Source: Fibrobacterales bacterium
GTDB taxonomy: Bacteria; Fibrobacterota; Fibrobacteria; Fibrobacterales; JAOPTW01
Length of the DNA: 64,000 nt
Assembly: GCA_051532035.1 (NCBI GenBank)
Contig: JAOPTW010000013.1
Location: forward strand, 288,001 to 352,000
Reading direction: 5' to 3'
In this document: positions 59,095 through 64,000 of the stretch, one piece after another
Position numbering within the stretch: the stretch's first letter is position 1
Layout of the letters: each line of letters begins with the position of its first letter
Notes under the pieces: generated by a model
Seen by the model: only the letters and a program-made list of their open reading frames with translations
What the model was told of the DNA's origin: nothing
Databases searched by the model: none
Program-made: the position numbers and the translations under genes

Positions 59095-60293
59095 TTCACT
59101 TCGATCTCTGTATTTATCTTATTAAATGATATCTCTTCCATATCATCCATCCAGCCCGCATTTTCATCAAACTGCATAATCATCATACGGCTTGCCATAT
59201 CGGGTTGTTCAGGTCGAGAATGAATTTGCTTGAGAATGAGCTTGTCTTCCATTCTTCCACAAATTTCAATTTTACCACTGTCATGGCCCATAATAAATTT
59301 AAACCGCTTGGCATAGCCATCCAATGTTTGACGTGCGGTGTCTACCATATCAACTCCTACCATGAGCGGCACTTGGAAATGATGACGTACACGCGTGACA
59401 GGCATACATTGATAGAGATAGTACGGATTTACCCCTATTTTGGTGAGGCCATTCATAAGGTTTTCTATTGCTTCAACGCTATCATTCACCCCTTTAAGGA
59501 GCACAGCCTGATTATTAACCGTTATGCCCGCTTCTCTGATTTTGAGTACTGCGGCAGTTGCTGCTTCGGTGATTTCATTAGCATGATTGAAGTGGGTTGG
59601 AATATAGAGCGTTTTCTTTTTATTAAATTCTTTAAGGTAGTCCATCAGTTCTTCATCAAAAAATCTCATAGGATACACAACAGGTGTTCGAGTACCAATG
59701 CGTACAAAATTAACATGCTCAATATCGATGAGGCAATCAAGCATCTTCTTTAATCGCTTGGTACCGATGAGCATTGGGTCTCCACCCGAAATAACGACAT
59801 TTGTTATTTCGGTATGCTCCCGTATGTACTCAGCAGCCCTCTGAAAATTCTCTACAGTCTTGTCATTAGGCAGTCCAACAATTGCCTTTCTAAAGCAGTG
59901 TCGACAATACATAGAGCAGTAGTCAGTTGCCACTATTAGAGCCGAATACGGGTATTTATGTAAAATACCATTACCCTTATTATGTTTGTCATCACCATAA
60001 GGGTCTTTAGTGGTTTCACCCATACTCCCCATAGTCGTGAGCTCATCAACACTCGGAACTGCAAGTTTTTTAATGGGGTCATTTGCATCGGATCTATCAA
60101 TAAGATTGAGATAATAGCGCGGGATATTCATGGGGTGCTTTTCGGCCACCTCCCTTAATTCGCTTTCTACCTCATCTGATAAGTCTATATAGCGTTTCAA
60201 TTCATCAATAGTTGTAATATTGTTCTTTAGTTCTTTCTGCCAATCAAGCTCGAACCAATTTAAAGTATTGAGTTGCTCTTCTGTATCACTGAT
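59091..60293 (-). CDS. KamA (lysine 2,3-aminomutase)-family radical SAM protein
   Basis: HKYP, CSMYCRHCFRK, SGGDPM, RIGTR.PV, HFNH, NQAVLLKGVND, PYYLYQ. The frame stays open upstream of TTG 60200; proposed start is ATC at 60293 (see findings). Confidence 0.88.
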   Translation of the reverse strand: MSDTEEQLNTLNWFELDWQKELKNNITTIDELKRYIDLSDEVESELREVAEKHPMNIPRYYLNLIDRSDANDPIKKLAVPSVDELTTMGSMGETTKDPYGDDKHNKGNGILHKYPYSALIVATDYCSMYCRHCFRKAIVGLPNDKTVENFQRAAEYIREHTEITNVVISGGDPMLIGTKRLKKMLDCLIDIEHVNFVRIGTRTPVVYPMRFFDEELMDYLKEFNKKKTLYIPTHFNHANEITEAATAAVLKIREAGITVNNQAVLLKGVNDSVEAIENLMNGLTKIGVNPYYLYQCMPVTRVRHHFQVPLMVGVDMVDTARQTLDGYAKRFKFIMGHDSGKIEICGRMEDKLILKQIHSRPEQPDMASRMMIMQFDENAGWMDDMEEISFNKINTEIEVN

Positions 60294-60442
60294 CCTGCTA
60301 CCTCGAGTAATTCCAAAAACATTTAGAATAGTATTCTATAGCATAAACCTAATATAATTTTGTTTAGACATGTAAATATTTAACGTGAACATAAATTGAA
60401 TGCATCATTATTTTTGCCTATTTTGATTACCCCTCAATAAAA

Positions 60443-61813
60443 TTACCACATTACCGGCATTACAACAGAGTTCCCCTGGTGGACAACTCGGATAATAACC
60501 AGTTGTATACTCAACACATCGGTATCGATTGCAAAACCAGTCACTCCAACAGGACGTATTGGAATTTGCGCACCAGTCACACTATAGGCCCGCATAGAGT
60601 CTACGGGTTTACTGGTTATTATGGAGATATGGTGCGGCCCTATATTCTGTACAGTAATGCCTAAGGGAGTATCGTCATACTGAAGAGAAGCTACCTGGTG
60701 AGACATTTTAGTAGTACTTGATGACTCGGGTTCAGAACTACTCTCATCCTGTACCGAAGAGATAGCCTCTATATCCGATGACACTGCTTCACTTGAAGAT
60801 GATACACTCACTACAGAAGAACTTAAAAGCTCCTTTTCCCTTTGCTTCTCTCTTAACTGATACTCTCTACACCCCTCCGATTCATACGGCAATGGAATAA
60901 GTTGTTCTTTCAGTGCGGTTATAGTCTCCAACCAGTTTTTGTCAGGGTTTGACTGTGATAACCCTATCAGCCCTTCACTAATTCGAGCATTAAGATTATT
61001 AATATCATCCCAGTCGTAATTATGACCCTGATCAGCCCCATCAACTCCGTATCCTGCATCGGCAATAATCTGTTTCTGTGTTAACCCAAACACATCTTGG
61101 TACGTGGTATGATTGTTCACAAATATTTTTGAAGAAGCACCATTTGAACTTCCTCCTGATGTATTCATGTAATCAATAAGGGGAAATTGATGAGTGAATG
61201 AAGAGAGCCATGGCTGTTGATCTATCCATGGCGAGACATCCATTGAAATAAGAGCATTGGGCATGTGTGTCATTATCTGTTCAATAATATCCTGGAGTAA
61301 TGAAGCCATTTCTGGGTAACTGATCCCTCCCCCTTCCTGTTCATCTGTGGTGTACTGATGAAAGTCAGGCTCCAGAAGCCAGATAAGGGTTCTCTCTGTG
61401 CCATATACTTTTGCCGTTTCTTTGGCAAAATCCCCATACCGAGTCACGATTACATCTCGGTTTTCTCTAATGTACCCCGCTCCCTTTTTACACAAATTAT
61501 TGTCACTGACATTACAATCATCAATCTTGAGTTCTTTTTTGGCCATAAAGGCAATGAGATACGAAAAGTAGGCCGGTGTAAAAATTTCCTTTTCATCATA
61601 CTGGAGTACATATTCAAGGAGCTCACGCTCAACACTTCCGAAATTATCCCACCCAATCCAAGTATATACAAAGTTTATATTGGTGTAGTCAGAGTCAGTC
61701 CCATGCCAGTAACGGCCAAAATTAAATGCACAGGGATTAAAGTCTGCAAGAGTCACCTGGACAGAAAGGAGGAAACCTAAACATACATACAAATACTTGT
61801 TAACTCTCATCAC
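60443..61813 (-). CDS. Secreted putative glycoside-hydrolase-like protein with Ser linker and C-terminal sorting-like domain
   Basis: Signal peptide; WLLEPDFHQY, ISMDVSPW, IIADAGYG motifs suggest a TIM-barrel enzyme; poly-Ser linker; AYSVTG...LVIIRV tail. Confidence 0.6.
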   Translation of the reverse strand: MMRVNKYLYVCLGFLLSVQVTLADFNPCAFNFGRYWHGTDSDYTNINFVYTWIGWDNFGSVERELLEYVLQYDEKEIFTPAYFSYLIAFMAKKELKIDDCNVSDNNLCKKGAGYIRENRDVIVTRYGDFAKETAKVYGTERTLIWLLEPDFHQYTTDEQEGGGISYPEMASLLQDIIEQIMTHMPNALISMDVSPWIDQQPWLSSFTHQFPLIDYMNTSGGSSNGASSKIFVNNHTTYQDVFGLTQKQIIADAGYGVDGADQGHNYDWDDINNLNARISEGLIGLSQSNPDKNWLETITALKEQLIPLPYESEGCREYQLREKQREKELLSSSVVSVSSSSEAVSSDIEAISSVQDESSSEPESSSTTKMSHQVASLQYDDTPLGITVQNIGPHHISIITSKPVDSMRAYSVTGAQIPIRPVGVTGFAIDTDVLSIQLVIIRVVHQGNSVVMPVMW

Positions 61814-62042
61814 ATTTTCTCCGCTTTTTTAGTCTACATCTTAGGGGGTTCGTGCCAAATATACCCAATAGAATCCTAACATAAAAGTGATAGCGTGAAA
61901 TTACAAAGTTGTATTTGCTTATTTTACCTGAATTTACATAGCCCTGTATACCAGATGGATTTGCGGCACTTGAAGTGAATCCATTGATTTTCTAGTACCA
62001 ATCTAATTACATAATCACTTGTTCCATAAATGGCCCAATCCT

Positions 62043-63605
62043 TTATTTACTATGAGTAAATGAAAAGCGTTCTCCATTGATTACTATTATATACAGTCCT
62101 GATTGCATAGTAATAGCATTTACTTCGGTAACCGACAAAGTCCTCCCCATTATATCGTAGAGTAATACGTTTGATTTTTGAATGAGTAGTTGCTGAAATT
62201 GAGCATGAGAGAGTTCCTTAATGTGTTGTATTGGGTACAATCCGGCAACACCGTTATTCAATGCATCAGATGAAAGCCCCAAAAAACTATTCGATTGTGC
62301 ACTCAGGTAAGTATCATTATTATCTTTTTCAGCCGATGATAGTGTTCCATTAGAAAGGTATTCAACCGAACTACTATGAGCGTCCTGAAAGAAATCACTT
62401 GAACGAAACTCCTCTAGTGAGGAGATTAACATTTCTGAAGAAGTCAAATGTAATGGAGATGAAAATGACGCTCCTGAAGACACAGAACTTAAAGCAGATG
62501 AGGATGACACTCCTGATGATACCGAACTTAATGCAGATGAATATGATACTTCTGAAGACACAGAACTTAATGCAGATGACGATGACACTTCTGAAGATAC
62601 AGAACTTAATACAGATGACGATGACACTTCTGAAGACACCGAACTTAAACGGGATGACGATGAGGGTTGATTTGACGAATATACATGCTGGCTCGATGAA
62701 CTTATTTGGGCACTCGAACTTATGGCTCCCGAAAGACAGGTTCTTGGATATTCATTTACGGTCTCCCACGCAAGTCGCTGTAATACCGCTGCTTGCGCAC
62801 TGGTTGGTATTTCATCATAAGAGCCTCCCCACTGTGTTCGCAGTTCATTGGTGAGTCCTTGAGGGTTTTGGTTATGTAACATCGCAAAGTGAATGAGTGC
62901 GATGTAGTATCTCCCCATGTCATTGAGATGAATGTGATCTTCAAACAATGCATCCATTTGTGATATTCCAGGTAGTTCACCCGCCATAACAGCATCATAT
63001 AGTTTTATAAGACCTTGGCCTCCAGGAATCATGCATACTGGTTTTTCAGGGTTGTGTGCTGAATTAAGCGAATCTACTATTCGTTCCCATACGTCAAGAT
63101 CATCAACTAGTTTTTGCCGCCATGCCTCCACCGCTGGCACATGTGCACAGTCTGCTCCAATTCCATTAGGTAAACAATGCCATATTTCATACACATACAC
63201 CTGAATACCGGGATTATGATCTTCTGCATAGAGATAAAAACTATCAGCAATTGGGTGGGTAAGTTTTAGATTATTTAAATTTCTCGGTACGCTCTCAGTC
63301 ATAATAAATGCATCAAAATCACCTGCAGGCAATCCATTATTTTCTTCAAAAAAAGAGCGGGCATGTGGCCGAGTACTAGGATTGTTTTCAGCCTTTTTTC
63401 CCCAATGAAAAACCAAAGGAGACCCAGGAATAGATTGAAATTCCCAATCAAATTGCACACTAGGGCGATCTTCAGATAACCTATGTACCATTGAAGGTAT
63501 ATAATCCGTTAAACTGTGCCCAATATAATATGCGTTAGTACTCTGTGAATAACTCTCAATAGTACATAAAAGCATCACCCAAATAAAACCTACTATTAAT
63601 CTCAT
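62043..63605 (-). CDS. Secreted SGNH-like hydrolase with Ser-rich repeat linker and C-terminal sorting-like domain
   Basis: YIGHSLT (block I-like), FEDHIH (DxxH catalytic pair), terminal LYDIMGR...SGLYIIVING. Confidence 0.7.
   Translation of the reverse strand: MRLIVGFIWVMLLCTIESYSQSTNAYYIGHSLTDYIPSMVHRLSEDRPSVQFDWEFQSIPGSPLVFHWGKKAENNPSTRPHARSFFEENNGLPAGDFDAFIMTESVPRNLNNLKLTHPIADSFYLYAEDHNPGIQVYVYEIWHCLPNGIGADCAHVPAVEAWRQKLVDDLDVWERIVDSLNSAHNPEKPVCMIPGGQGLIKLYDAVMAGELPGISQMDALFEDHIHLNDMGRYYIALIHFAMLHNQNPQGLTNELRTQWGGSYDEIPTSAQAAVLQRLAWETVNEYPRTCLSGAISSSAQISSSSQHVYSSNQPSSSSRLSSVSSEVSSSSVLSSVSSEVSSSSALSSVSSEVSYSSALSSVSSGVSSSSALSSVSSGASFSSPLHLTSSEMLISSLEEFRSSDFFQDAHSSSVEYLSNGTLSSAEKDNNDTYLSAQSNSFLGLSSDALNNGVAGLYPIQHIKELSHAQFQQLLIQKSNVLLYDIMGRTLSVTEVNAITMQSGLYIIVINGERFSFTHSK
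62458..62663. repeat. 39-bp tandem repeat (~5 copies) encoding SSSSALSSVSSEV linker units
   Basis: GAACTT recurs at 62485, 62524, 62563, 62602 and 62641. Confidence 0.9.
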
Positions 63606-63802
63606 ATACCATCAAACCCCATGTGTTAGTCATCTAAATGTATCTAAACGAGCGGATTTATGGATAGACTGTAAATGTTACCGTTGAGTACTCGATCAAC
63701 GGCATTTTGTTGAAGGGACGGATTTTTTTGGGTTTCGTAAGTGGTCGCTCACAGCGATTACTTTACGCACTGCAACTCTATTTTCAATTTGAATGGCTTC
63801 TG

Positions 63803-63838
63803 AGGGCACTTATATTATTGCAAAAGTACAAGTGCCCT
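63803..63838 (-). terminator. Stem-loop downstream of the last partial gene
   Basis: AGGGCACTT...AAGTGCCCT inverted repeat. Confidence 0.4.
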
Positions 63839-63861
63839 GTGTCAGTCCATAGCCCGTATAT

Positions 63862-64000
63862 CTAATATGCCAAACAAAGAATTGCATACTGCTGATACCA
63901 CATGGCATTCGGGTCACACGAATATGGACCGAATTCAATCATAAGGTTGCCACTGCTCAGGTCAATAGCACCATACTCTTCATCTGTACTGATTGTTAGG
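63862..64000 (-). CDS. 3' end of a gene entering from beyond the window
   Basis: Open frame ...LTISTDEEYGAIDLSSGNLMIEFGPYSCDPNAMWYQQYAILCLAY* followed by a hairpin. Confidence 0.45.
   Translation of the reverse strand, partial: LTISTDEEYGAIDLSSGNLMIEFGPYSCDPNAMWYQQYAILCLAY

Noticed and set aside
62399..62854. 151-aa repetitive plus-strand ORF
   Set aside because: Antisense shadow of the 39-bp Ser-linker repeat.
1..64000. tRNA or rRNA genes
   Set aside because: No cloverleaf with T-loop/CCA pattern or rRNA-like conserved sequence seen; island boundaries appear tied to the PLD gene rather than a tRNA.

Overview
AT-rich bacterial window, most likely from a member of the Fibrobacterota (inferred from a Fibrobacter 'major paralogous domain' lipoprotein and several secreted proteins with poly-Ser linkers and short C-terminal sorting-like domains). 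It has four parts. (1) 1-24.2 kb, all minus strand: a GH3 beta-glucosidase; a 1780-aa signal-peptide RHS protein (LRR N-terminus, RHS core, DPNGL cleavage motif, C-terminal domain with an L,D-transpeptidase/Tlde1-like H...SxGC motif); a small secreted candidate immunity protein; a 2857-aa signal-peptide YD/SpvB-like partner ending in three ricin-B lectin domains; two lipoproteins; and a tightly coupled type II secretion/type IV pilus operon (GspE, secretin, PilM/N-like, PilO-like). This is the best candidate for an undescribed system: a two-chain, adhesin-decorated RHS toxin shell next to a T2SS-like machine. (2) 24.3-29.5 kb: two divergent paralogues of an uncharacterised helical family flanking a hidden 21-bp-periodic DNA array, then an OMPLA-like and a PLD-family gene. 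(3) 29.6-46.4 kb: an AT-richer defence-type island (ApeA-like HEPN, a second HEPN-like protein, KAP NTPase, a second P-loop ATPase, type II R-M, HTH pseudogene), punctuated by decayed copies of the PLD 3' end and its terminator. (4) 46.5-64 kb: secreted glycan-related proteins and housekeeping genes (rlmF, MazG-like, ABC exporter, U32/RlhA-like, and a KamA-family radical SAM gene that appears to need a non-canonical start codon). No rRNA, tRNA, CRISPR array, integrase or transposase was recognised. All family calls come from reading motifs, not from database searches.
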